This document shows positions 11,811 through 24,078 of a stretch of DNA of 64,000 nt, one piece after another. The translations under genes and the position numbers were made by a program. The DNA comes from Camelus dromedarius. Taxonomy: Eukaryota. Location of the stretch: positions 15,502,001 through 15,566,000 of the forward strand of contig NC_087437.1 of NCBI RefSeq assembly GCF_036321535.1, in the 5' to 3' direction. The notes beneath the pieces are model-generated. The model saw only the letters and a program-made list of their open reading frames with translations, searched no databases and had not been told where the DNA came from. The number at the start of each line of letters is the position of its first letter. Within the stretch, counting starts at the first letter, position 1.

Positions 11811-13510
11811 AAGATGCAAACATGATGCGTGTTCTACTTTACAGGAATTTGCAATGTGAAAGAAGAAAGAGAAATCTAATGTAGAAAGACAAATATTTAA
11901 GTAAATGCTTGAATAAGAGAAAGGGAGAAAAAACAGCAAGAAAGAGAAATAGGAACGTAGACAGAGAAAGACTGATTCCTTGATTGTTTAAAAGAAAAAA
12001 GAAACTGGGTAAGTTTCTCAGGTAGTTCTCAGTGGGAGGAGATGGGGCCAGAGCCACAGCACTTCCACTTCGGTCATGAGGCCAGTCCATCTGGGACCCT
12101 CCAGCCCGGCCCGGGGCTCATTGCTCTTGTACTCCTGGGCTAGGAACTTGGACTTGTGAGCACTGAATCTCCCAGAGGGCAGCCCTGGGTGAGCAGCAGC
12201 TGTGAGAGGAGAGGAAGGAGTATCTTCCAACATCCACAGAGCCCTGAGAGTTGAAAGTTTGAGAGCTAGGAGGAGAGCGGCCGGGAACACAAAACCCAAG
12301 AAGATGGGGCTGGAGAGAAGGGCCTCACCAGGCAGGCCCATTCCCATCTGTCCAGGCTGAGCTGGGGGAGGCTGCGTGGGGTGTGACTGGATGACGGATA
12401 GAAGGGCATATCCACTGGCAAAGAGGAAGGGATGCTCGCTCTTCCTCAAGATGTCCTGCCCAGTTATACGCATGCTCTTAGAGTGAGCACTGATCTGTGA
12501 GCATGGCGGTGGGGGCGGGGGAAGTGCTCGAGACTAACAGGACAGGTGGGGAGGCAGCATGGGCAGAGATGCCAGGAGAGCCGAGGCAAGACTGTGGCAC
12601 GGGCGGAGGAAAACCCCTTTTGCCCTTGGGTTGTGGCAGCATGGTAGAGGGGAGCTGAGTCACTAGGGGAGGCGTGGGATAACTGGGATGGGTTTACACA
12701 TCAACCTCCCTCACTTCCTTTCCAGTCATTTGGCTGTTTTCAAATTCTCCACCCTTTGCCATCTCCTCACCTCCCCCATCAAATCCAGTCTGTGTGCATT
12801 GCATGCAGATGCGTCTTTGGGTATATTCGCACACAGTTGGCTCTAGGAAAGGGTAATACTAGCCAAAAACAGAGGAAATTGTGACTCTCTGACTATTTTG
12901 ACCTATAAAAACAGCTTTTTCATAGGACTCAACACAGAACGGTAAACTAAACAAAAACCTGGGTAGAACCTGTCATGAACGAACACGTGGGCCATGCTTC
13001 CCAGCTCTGTATCTGTGCTTCTCTTATCTTTACTCCAGTCGAAGCTTGATTCTGAGCCACCTGCACTGTTGTTCCCAGCACGGCAGAATGCAGATCCATG
13101 TAGTAGTTGGCCGAGCTCCAGGTGAAGTGTAGGCCAGGGCCTGCCTAGGACTGGACGACCCCTCTCTTCAAGTTCTCTGAGCCATCCACAGAATCTCTTG
13201 CTGCACTTTCAGTGTGTCTACGTACCCCTTACTCCAAGGGCAGCTCTGCTAACCTTTGGGTGGCTGGGATGACGGAGGAGCTCAGGAAACCATTTAGGCA
13301 ATTACACTGCATGATTTTGGGAGGAACCAGAATACCGTTCAGGCTGCCTGAATTTTCGTCTGTCCCATCTTTCTTCTTGCTTTTCTTGGACCTGCCTGCT
13401 TTTCTGTCACCCCAAAGGCTGATGCTCACAGTATCTTGAGTTCTCACTCCCAAGGTGAGGGCTACTTGCTGGGTCAAGTTAGTTACCGTCCAACATGGAA
13501 CCCTACAGCC

Positions 13511-13666
13511 AAGGACCAGCTAACTAATTTATGAGCCCCAGTATGAAATGAAAACAGGAGCTGCTTGTTCAAATGTGATTAAGAGTTTCAAGACAGCCGC
13601 AGCAGAGCCTGCTGTGTGCGGGGCCTATGAGATTGCACAGGCTGTGTGCCCGTGAAGCCAGTCCTG
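13511..13666 (-). mobile_element. MER45A-like hAT MITE
   Basis: Termini aggaccagc...gaagccagtcctg and the internal text match the remembered MER45A consensus in reverse. Confidence 0.65.
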
Positions 13667-16189
13667 GCTGGCTCAGGTGCAGAGGCTGAGGCCATCATCT
13701 GGGGCCAGGAAGGCCACAGTGTGATGTCCCCTCAAGAGACCACCCAGCTGCCTTTCTCTGCCAGTCCCCAACCTCCGCACTACTTTCCAGAGGAGCCCAC
13801 GGATGGGGTACAGCGTGGCAAGGAAATGGGACTGAATTTGGCTGCGTAAAGCAGGGCCAGATCAGGAAAGGAAGCTTTGGAAAATGGTCTTTCAAGAGTC
13901 AATCCAGGATGCTGCCTAAATTCTCCAAAGAAATTAACACAAAGAGCTGGGAAATAGCACAGTAGGGTCCCCAGGCCCTACTATGAGGTGGGGTCACAGG
14001 TGGGCAAAAATCCTGATTCTGACTATCTTTCTGTAACCAAAGTTCTGAACAGCCTTTTCCTTCCATGTGCCCTCTTGGCGCCCCACAAAGCAGGGGTGAG
14101 GCGCCCACTAGGTGAGCTGCCCAGTCCAAGCATGACTGGCCAGAATTCCAGGGATTCACGCAAACCCAGACCCAGCACACTGGGACTCCAGATATGCAGA
14201 ACCAGTCCCAAGCAAAACATCACATTTATTCAGGACCTTCAGTTGGAGTTTTCTTCAAGTTCTGCCAGCAATTCAGACTTTCTTAAAGGAACCCAGCGTC
14301 CCCTGCTGGGTACTAAGTAACATTGACATCGAGCTGTGAAAGCATCAAAAATCTGAAGGGATTTAACTTTGTATACAGGCCAGTGACAATATGACTCATG
14401 GTGGTAAAATTGTGAGTTATATGATTTATATATGGGTTTGGTTATAGGTTATAGGTTTATATATGGGTTTGGTTTTTAATGCTTCAAGATTCCTAGGTTC
14501 CTAACAAAAAGTTTTTCAGTTCTTTATCTCAATTATAAAAGGAGGTAAATAATTGGAAGTTCTAAGTAATCCAATAGGATTGTCTTCCTACTATAGCATG
14601 GAGTGGTCCCAGAAGGTTTTTTCAGGGGATGTCACATGGTCCAGGAGGAGGACATGGGTTTTAGGATCAGACAGCCTAGGTTGGAATCCATTTACTATCT
14701 GAGTGACTTTAACTTGGAACAAGTTATTCAATTTTAAGTCGCCATCTCCTGCTCAATAAGGACAATAACACTCACCTTAAAAAGTGGACTCAAGAGCTGG
14801 ACATCCCCTCCTTTTGACTTTTGGGCTAAAGCCCAAAGAGGCGTGCAGTTAACTGTGTCATTGTTACTGTATTATTAAGAAGAGGGTTTAGGTTGTGCTT
14901 CAAAGGATAGGCAGCTCCTGGACCAGATTCTATTTCTAGAGGACAGAGGCTGCATCTGGAGCACCCGTCTGGCTCAGAGAATTCGCTCTTTGGTCACAGG
15001 GCAGTGCTCACACTGAGCACCTGAGTCTCTTTTGAAACACAACCGCCACCATCCGGGGTCCTGGCTTCATGACATTCACCTCTCACCATGCATGTCTGGG
15101 CAATTACCTCTGAGATACCCCAAGTCCCTCTACTTCCACCTCCATCTTGCTGGTTCAGGCCATCACCATTCCTCACTTAAGCTAAGGCAATGCTCTTCTG
15201 TCTTTCCTCTTCTATTCTTACCTGCTCAAACCCGGAGTGACTTTCATTAAAAAAAAGATATGATCAGGCGGCTCCCCCCGCCCCCCTCCTGCCTACCCAC
15301 CCACCTTACTTGTGATGCTAGTCCCACCTCCGGGCTTTATGCAATTTGCTCTCTGCCATCAATCCTCACCCCCCAAGTCACTCCCCGGCTACACTTACGC
15401 ATCCATCGGGGGTTGGCTCCCAGACAACCAGAAGGGTACAAGTAATATCGCGCTTTTTTATTTTCTTCAGAGCAAATTAAATCTTTCTGGCTCCATTCTG
15501 CTGTGCTACAGCAGAAATTAAATCTGTGGTCGCTGGGGTGTCCTTTCCTCTTTCAGGGTCTCACAAGCATTTAGGATGCTCATAAATAAGCTGGAAAATG
15601 GGAGAGGACCTCTACTCTTCAGTCCATCTGCCTCCCAGCTGCCATCTTCACCACCAACTCTGAGGGGTCCTTGAAGGAGGAGGTCCTAGTGCTTGGGGGT
15701 CTTTAGGCTGGGAGACTCAGGTTGACTTCAGGTTTCATTTAAGAACACCCCAAAACCACATTCCTTTGAAGTTCACCATCTCACTGGGACCACCAGCGAC
15801 TAGGGTGCAGACTTCCACCACTCCTAAGAGGTTCCTCCTGTCCCTCCCTCCCCTGCTCCCTGAACAAGGGGTACGGTTGTTTTGAACATCTGCTCTCTGC
15901 AGTGAACAGGAAGCACTAAGAACCCGGCTACTTCCTTGGAGAATGGGAACCATCCAGAAAAAAAAATTTGAAATTATGCGCTCTGAAAGCTATTTATCAC
16001 AAGGTATAAAAGCTGTGATTATCCAATCTAAATCAGGTCCCTGAGTCATGCTCTCTCTACCCTGCAGTAGTCACCGTTGGGCCCAGACCCCCTTTGTCCG
16101 GTCTGCCTGTGCACCCGTTCCCTGGCTGTGTGGCTGCCTAGAGTTCACCTCGCTCTGTCCTCTGGAGAGCCCTGTCCCCCGGCAATACC

Positions 16190-16465
16190 AGGTTATGCCC
16201 TCCCTGGGGGATGGCGGGAAGGCAGAGCCAATGACTGATCGCCACACCCTGAGCATCTTGCCTCAAAGTGGGAAGTTTCTTGATGACATCACGCTCTGTA
16301 GCTCCCGGAGAATCAGGCAGAGGCCAGACTTCCACTGAAGCTAGATCCTTGTTCAATGTCTTCCCCTGCCCTATTCTGCTTCCCTCCAGGTTTCTCCTGA
16401 GAGCACAGTCTCAGTAAGTTCCTTGCACAAGAAACTGTCTCAGGCTTTGCTTTTAGGAACCTAAG
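16190..16465 (+). mobile_element. LTR16-like ERVL LTR fragment
   Basis: Ends cttgcacaagaaactgtctcaggctttgcttttaggaacctaag, a typical LTR16 3' end. Confidence 0.5.
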
Positions 16466-17628
16466 TGACGTCTTTTATTTTTCCTTCCTCGCATGTGTTA
16501 CAATTTGAATTGACAGATTTGTATACCTATTGGTTTAATGCTTGTTTCCCTAAATGAAGGCAGAAGCCGCGCTTGTGGTCCACAGCTGTATTCCCAGCAC
16601 CGAGTGATGCGCCCCCCAGAAGAGAGCAGTCCTCATGCTTTGAACTGGAAAGTTGCAGCAACCAGCCAACTGCAAAGCCGCAGGGACACAGCCTCTCAGC
16701 CTCCTCTGCACTTTCCTCCTTGGGTGTTTCAGAACATACGGTTGAAAAGCCGCCCTATGATGGCCGCTGTCATCTTCCAGCCAGTCCGAGATGGGCAGAT
16801 TCAAAGCTGCCGTCGACAATCTGACTGGCCCAGGGTTGGTCACCTAATTCCTCATACAATGGGCTATGGTTCTGGCACCTTATCACTTGGCAGAGGGGCA
16901 GTTCTCAGATGAGACTCACAAGCCAAGCAGGGGAACAGCTGTCTGCGTACAGGTATCACACTCTCATTCAGCTGGAACCTAGGCAGCTTTCACGTTTTAC
17001 TGGTCGACCAGTATTCCTGGGAAAGGCTGGGCCCGTAGGCCAGGCTGGATTCATACGGACAACCACTAGCTCTCAGTGTCTCAGGTATTACGTACCACAA
17101 ATAAAGTTGTAGTAAAACCCTCACTTAACTAGAATGGGGAAGAACTGTGGCATTCAAAGTACTTTAAGTTTTTGGAAAGCTTTGTTTTCCCTTGGTATAA
17201 AATATTTCTTCTGAATATCCTAATTCTGCTTTCTACTGGGTTGTCTTTCTCCAGTTATCGAAGGACAGGTGACTTGGGGATTTTATTGAGATGAGTGACC
17301 TCTAGGCAAGTCACTGGTGCACAGGATCAGCCTGGGTGTGTCTGGATTACAGGTGAGCTGTCACAACCATGTTTCCGACAGAAACCCTAAAATCAGCTCA
17401 TTTGCTTTGTGGTATACGTCTTCCTCCTAAAAGCTACATAAACAAAATGACCCAGTGAAAAAACTATGAAAAGAGAGATTTCAGTTATTTGATGTTTCAT
17501 TTTCCAGTGGGAATACAGATATAAAAGCCAGGGCCTCTTCCCACAGATTCAATTACCTGACTCTCCCACAAGAAAGACACCACTTCACAGGGGCAAGCAA
17601 TTCCAGGAGATAAATGTCCACCAAGGTG

Positions 17629-17634
17629 TTTATT
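17629..17634 (-). promoter_or_regulatory. Candidate ANAPC13 polyadenylation signal AATAAA (alternatives: ATTAAA 18102-18107, AATAAA 17282-17287)
   Basis: TTTATT on the + strand about 730 nt past the ANAPC13 stop codon. Confidence 0.55.
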
Positions 17635-18360
17635 AAAATACAAGTTCTTATACAAACGTCTAACTAAATACTGACTCCATGGTGTTTCAGTTATTACCTG
17701 AAAGGGCTTTGAGAAAGTAGGGAATCCTGTTACTGGATGAAACTAGTGGTCCATCTCGCCTTTCCAATGGCACCAAAGGAAGTTGTAGGGAGAACAGAGG
17801 TTAACTGTCAGATACTGTTCAATCAGTAAATTTATCCAAAGTTTGAAAAATACCATGGGGGGTCTTAGGAGTCCCAGTAACCAGTGAATGGGCTATCAAC
17901 AAACCCACTATAACCACAGACTCCACACAACCCACTCAAGGCGGGGCTACGTGAGAAGTGGGCTACTTTCCCCAGGGCTGGCTTCCTCTTTCCTCGCCTT
18001 TCCATCTTGTATCTTCAACCACCTGTGTCACAGGACACATATAAGTAGTTGGGAAGTGTTAAACTCTGACAGTAAAGCAAACGCAGAGTTAAAGGCAAAT
18101 GTTTAATGACTCACGTTCAAACACAAACTAGTAAATAAAGAACTTTAGGTTCAAAGGGCCAAACCCCCTGCATTTCTGAGACTCTCAATCAGATTCTCAC
18201 CCTGGTGAGAATTTTCACATCCCACTTTGCTGCCACTAAGTAAGTGGATGTACATTTTTGAGTGTTGATCTACCACTAGAAGATGTGAATTAGGAGACTG
18301 AAGGAAAACATTCTGTATCTGTGTACTTAAAACCACCCGCCCAGGAACGGCGGCCAGGCG

Positions 18361-18486
18361 TCAGTTTCCCATGGGCGGCACGTTCTCGTGGAGGTACTGT
18401 AAAGCCAGGTCAGTCCACTTCATCTCTTGCTCTTTGACAGATTCTGTGGTGCCGCCGTTGTCCTGTTCAGGTTCCGGAAGCTCATT
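18361..18486 (-). CDS. ANAPC13: Anaphase-promoting complex subunit 13, last coding exon
   Basis: Reverse strand reads ttttcag|NELPEPEQDNGGTTESVKEQEMKWTDLALQYLHENVPPMGN*, the known APC13 C-terminus. 126 nt, phase 0, AG acceptor at 18487-18488. Confidence 0.97.
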   Translation of the reverse strand, partial: NELPEPEQDNGGTTESVKEQEMKWTDLALQYLHENVPPMGN

Positions 18487-20085
18487 CTGAAAAGGTACAA
18501 TGGACATTTAGAACGACAGCATACTCGGCAGTAACAAACCCCTTAAAACTCAAGAGCACTTAGAATTAAAACCTGTGAGTTCCTAGAAACAGGCAGCAAA
18601 ATGAACAGAATCGTATCCTAAGGAAAGAGCCAGAATTAAAAAACGTGAGGAGCTATCCCAGGTATCGCTCAGACGTGCCCTGATCCACCTCGTCAGGAGT
18701 GATGGCGGTATGACTCTGGTGCTTGTGTAGGAGGCAGTGTGGCTAAGGACACGGGGTTCTGGAAGCCACCGGGATCCAAGCCCGTGACTCCCCATGTGCT
18801 GGGCTATGCGGGCAAGGTACTCAGACCCTCGGAGCCTTCGTTTCCTCTTGGGCAGTGGGAGGGAAAAGTGGCCATCACCTCACAGGACTGCTGTGAGGAC
18901 TAAGTGAGGGGCCTGAAGTCGGGTGCTCAGCACTGTGTGGGGTTATTCAGTGCAAAGAATATTTGCTATCCTTACTGGTGGCTAGAATACTGAAAAGAGC
19001 CAGTCCCAAATCTTTTCTCGGGAAGCTGCTTTATAGAATACCACATTGGCCGGCACATTACTTAAGCACAAGAAATGTATTAAAAACCATCCTGTATCCA
19101 ACCTGCCTATACTATAATGGAGGTTAAATGGGGAGCCCTGAAAATGTAACATAATAGATGAGACTTCCCCCTAGTGGTGGAGCCGGGCAACACAAAACAA
19201 CACATCCTATCAGCGGTTTTCTTAAAACGGTCCGCCGCGGGCCATACCCAGTGCAGAATCTGGGCTAGTTTCCTTATACATGTATACTTCCAGCTTTATT
19301 GAGATTTAACTTACATATAACACTGTGTAGGTTTAAGGCTGTACTACACAACGATGTATAGGTATACACTGAGAAATGATCACTGAATTAAGGTTAATTA
19401 ACACATCCATCCTCACATAGTTACCATTTTTTTGTATGTGTGGTGAGATCTTTCCATAGTTTCCTTACATTTTGTAAGTACTGCGCCCTAACCGATTGTG
19501 CCACTGGAGCTTCCAGCTTACTTATGTTTTAAATTTAACTTTATTATCACTGAAACTCTGCTTTGTACTAGAATTCACTGATACCAATATATTTCTTTTC
19601 AGTTATTTGGATTTACTTTTTTTTTTTTAGCGTAGCAAACTATTACCCAATATCCAGACTTAGGATTCCCCACTGGACTCCAATTTGCAGAATATGAATA
19701 TAATAATTTTTTTCCTTCAAATGTATGATGTTTAATATATATGAAATTATTTACTTACACAATATGTACAAGTATACCTGAATCACATACATCTTGATCT
19801 ACAAATGTAATACTCAGATTCAAACATACTTGTACAAATTTACTCGAAAGTAAGAATGCATTTGAAGAGAGTTTGGTTTCAATAATTACTTAGAGCTGAC
19901 AAAGCATAAACGAGTCCTTGGTTAATCAATTATTTAATTCAGAACTTATTTAATTTTATCTGGTTCTAAAATAGAATGTCTTTCATTTGGTCACTACTGT
20001 CTCCTGCAATGAATGCCAACATATAAAATTGCATATGTGCTTAGAAAACAAAGTGTCATAAAGTATGGCAAACACAACCATCTCC

Positions 20086-20575
20086 TATGGTGCACTGCAA
20101 AAATGGCCACAATTCTTTGCACCTGCTCCTCTGAAAAGACAGTTCATTTCTTCACCCTTGGATTGGACTGGCCATGTGACTTGCTGTGGCTCCCAGGAAG
20201 CAGCTGCAATGCCATGGGCCAGTTCGCAGCCTAGACTCCATGAAGCCTTGCAGTTTCCTCTGATGCTGCCCTTGGAACCCTAAGATGACTATGTGAAGTC
20301 TGGGCTAATCTGCTGGATAATGAGACTATGGCCCAGTCAGTTCATCACCCCCGCTCACAGCTTGCTAACTGCCAGACATGTCAAAGTGTCCTGAATCACC
20401 CAGCCTGCTGGCTGACTGCAAAACACCAGCAAGTCCAGCAGGAATCATCCGAGCTGGTGAAGATCAGAAGACTCTCTCAATGAGCTACAAAATCATGACA
20501 TAAATAGCTGTTGTTTCAAGCCACTATAATTTGGGGGTTATTTGTTAGGCAGCAGCAAAAGCTAACTGACATACA
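20086..20575 (+). mobile_element. MaLR MLT1 solo LTR in ANAPC13 intron
   Basis: aaaatggccacaattcttt near the start, and a typical end gttgtttcaagccacta...gcagcaaaagctaactgacataca. Confidence 0.75.
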
Positions 20576-22412
20576 CGTTGCCTTAGAATCACAAGCCCTG
20601 GGGAAAGACAGGGATTAGCAACAGGACCAGGCAACAGCCTGGAAGTCAAATGGAAATTTCCCTCTCTCAACCCCTTCCACACAGACGGTCCCCAAATCCT
20701 GCTATTCGCATGTCCAGAATTCAGCAATTCCCCTCCACTCCCTTGCCTTTGTTTAGGTCCTCCTCCCTTGTCTAGACACTGCCCTGTCACCTCCTTCTGT
20801 CCTGTCTTTCCTTGGCACATTCTGTAACAATGCTGCTAAACTGATTTTCTAATGTATTTGAGCATGGCAGATTTCGATTTTGAAGACCACTCATTAAAGG
20901 ATGTCCTCAGGATAAGGGTTAAGCAGGGCATCAAATGCTCCTCTCACAATTGGGTCCAAGACCAACTTTTCTTCCTACCTTACGTAAGTACTCTCCATCC
21001 ATACCGAATGCCTCACCGTCTCCCACAGCCTTTCAAAACTCTGAGCCTTTGCATGTCTATCTCCTCTGCTGGAGGGCCCTTACCTACGCCCACTAAACCT
21101 CTGGTCCTCCCTTATGAGCAGATTAAACATTATTTTCTTCCTGAAACGCTTCCTGATGCCCACCAGGCAGCCACTTCTTATACTATGTAGCTGCTCACGA
21201 CCTGACTTAGACTACTTACTACTACAAATATTTATTGATATATGCTGCCTCTCTAGACCTCGAGGGGCAGAAACTGTATCTTGTGTTTATCCAGTCTTAC
21301 TGGACAAAGTAGGCTTCAAAGAACTGCTCGTGGAATGAAAGAACCAACAGAATTCCACAGAACAGGAACTGGAGCCTTACAGAGCTAGATGTGAGGTCCA
21401 GCTTATCAGCTACCAGCCTTTGGGCAAGTTCTCCTCTTTGATTCTAGTTCCTTCCTATCCAAGGGGGATAACATCACCCCCCTCCCTTGGAGGTTGTTTT
21501 AAGGATTAGAGATACTGTATGTCAGATTTCAACCTTGATCCATTGCACGAGACAGATATTCAATAAGTGGAGCTATAATTATTATGCTCTCTCTTTTGAC
21601 TATTTTTCTAAGAATAAGCTGTGACTTATTCTTTGATATGCATATTAGTCATTGAATATACTATCTCTTATTCTTAACTGAAAGTGGAAGTGAGCTGAAT
21701 GTCATTTCTCTGTAAGTAAATGTAGCAGCAGTCTGCCTGCAAGCTCTGTTTTATTGACAGCTCTTTTCATGGCAGTTGGCATGCTCTCAAGAAAAATTGT
21801 CCCTGTTCTTGCTAGGCCTGCATGACATAAATACGATTTTCAATAAGCATTTATTCAAGCAAAATATTTAGACCACTTATTACAAGAGGGTTAACAGACC
21901 AGTAACAGGAGAATTTTCCAGATCAGGAAAGAAAAGAGCCTGTTGGTCTCAGTACAAATGAAGAAAAGTTGGTTGTCTTCCGAATTATTTTCCAGGGAAC
22001 CTAGGATAGTTGTGTGTTCCAAAACGTGAGTTTCTAAAAATATCAACTGACAAACGACAGGCAGAGGAGAAATGAAGTTTATAGGCCACTGCTTCTTGTT
22101 CCTCCTCACCATATGCATTAAACTCTCACTATGTGGCTTACTAGCTTTGGTGTGATGGACAGAACATGGCTCGGAAGCTCTGGGGTTCAGTTCTGGCAGG
22201 ATCCCTAACTGAGCTGGTCCACCAGCTCTCTGAACCACATTTCTCCTCAAATAAAAAGTTGAACTAAATGCTCTCCAGAGGCTTCTAGAATTAGAAGACT
22301 CCCCAGTTTTGATTTCTTTGCCTTACTAGTTTATTTGTCCATTGTCTTACCTCTACTAGGGTCTTTCAGATCATACCTTTAACCCACCACCCTAGCACAA
22401 ATCATAGCCTAC

Positions 22413-22511
22413 CAGTGGTATTGCAACATCCTCATAAGGCAGCTTGTCTTCTCGCCAAGCATCGTCAATCAAATCCAAGATCCTTCCATCTCTCTGTACC
22501 TCACTGTCCAT
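22413..22511 (-). CDS. ANAPC13: ANAPC13 first coding exon (exon begins at 22541 with 30 nt of 5'UTR)
   Basis: Reverse strand encodes MDSEVQRDGRILDLIDDAWREDKLPYEDVAIPL followed by donor gtaggc. Upstream acceptor ggcttacag. The two exons join to give 74 aa. Confidence 0.97.
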
Positions 22512-23843
22512 GCTCCTGCAGCAGCTCTGATCTTGCCAGATCTGTAAGCCAAAGAGATTACTTCTTAAACATTAAGATGAATGAGGAGATGATGCAATCA
22601 AGCACTTGGCTTCTCCAGGCTTTTTTAGCCTGGATGTGTCTTTTGGCGTAATATCACTCTGCAGAAGACTCATCTCATCTGTCAGCTTACTGTTTATTTG
22701 TAAGATCACAGTCCCTCCCAGCTGACTTTCCCAGTCACACACAGATTCCAGCTTTTTGTAAAGTTTTCTCAGATCACTCCAGCTTCAGCACACATTCTGC
22801 CCTTGAACCGTTCCTTCTTATCCTTACCTCCACTCAACAAGCTGGCTTTGTAAATGATTGCTCAGGTATTATTGTTTCCAACTGCCAGGTGTAAATTTTG
22901 TATCAATGACTCTGCACATCTTTCCCCAATTTGCCCTCAATCTTTTTTCACCTGTTTCTCTTCTAAACACCTCTAACCCTGTTATACTTTCCAGCCTTGG
23001 CAGTTAAGGGTCTCCTTGCCCCTTCACTAACACCTACTTTTCCTTCCAAACTCAAAGTTGGGCGTCAGCTCATAGGCTCAACAACCCATTTCCAGAGTTA
23101 GGCGCTAAAGTGCCTTCACTCTTAAAAGGCTTTAAAAGCGGAAAGCATCGAGACAATCCAGGACACGGCCGCTGTTCCAAGCACTTGCCACACTCGCCAG
23201 AATGAACCATTAACCACTTTCCTGAACAAAACTTTTCTTACACATGTGACTGTCCCAATGCCTGGAATGCTCTGTCTTCCTCCTTTTCCCCCAGCTAACC
23301 AGTCTAAGTAACTGCGCTCCCACGTCGCTTCCTGCAAGAGGCCTTCTCTAAGCGCCAGGGAGAGTGCGGTCCCCTCCTCTAAGCGGGTGCCACTGTTCCC
23401 CCGGCGCAGTGAACGCTCCCAATCGGGAGCTTCTTACACTGCCCGTCACGTGGTCTTCCCACACACGCGGTGAGTATGTTCCCCGGGGCGGGGGCAGTTT
23501 TATTCACCTCAGCTTTTGAGTTCCGTTAACTAATGCAGTTACTTGAACAAAGCTGGAACGCCTTTTCCCTCTCTAGAAATGACCCTCGCAGGCCACCACC
23601 ATCCGTACAGACGTAGGAGGCCGCCCCACGGCTGCTGCTTCCGCCCAGAGGCGGGATATACCAAATGCGGAAGCGGGGGATGCGCAGGACCGCCGAGCAA
23701 GTCCCTCTCCATTCCGCCCGACGTGCGATAAGAGAAGTGGTTACGAGGATGAGGTGAAAACGACGGCCTCGGCAAAGAGGAGCGGCAGAAGCCCGAACGC
23801 GCGCCCCTCCAAGACTTAGCCTAGAGGTGCGGGAAAACCTTAC

Positions 23844-23890
23844 CAGCACCCGGCCCAGCACGGCTCCCGCGTTCTCCGGGCCACACCCTC
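23844..23890 (-). other. ANAPC13: Probable non-coding first exon of ANAPC13 (TSS approximate)
   Basis: Strong minus-strand donor CTG|GTAAGG (intronic bases 23843-23838) inside the CpG island, upstream of the coding exon. Confidence 0.65.
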
Positions 23891-24029
23891 AGCGTCACGT
23901 GACCCGCACGCCTTCTCCCCGATCCCCGGATGTGGGTGAGCCCATTTGCGGGCGCGGAGGGGGGAGTCAGGGAGGACGCTTCAATTAAAAGTGAAGGGGC
24001 AGGGGTGGAACGAACGTGCCAACGACGGA

Positions 24030-24078
24030 GGCGGAACGTCAGGTTGGCGGTGACGCGCGTGCGCGCCCCCGGCCGGAG
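24030..24078 (+). other. CEP63: Probable non-coding first exon of CEP63 (TSS approximate)
   Basis: Donor GAG|GTAACG at 24079 in the CpG island. The ATG-containing exon at 31040 has its own acceptor, so an upstream exon is required. Confidence 0.55.

Noticed and set aside
14425..14474. 19-bp direct repeat tttatatatgggtttggtt
   Set aside because: Only two copies with a short spacer, consistent with a local slippage duplication and not an array.
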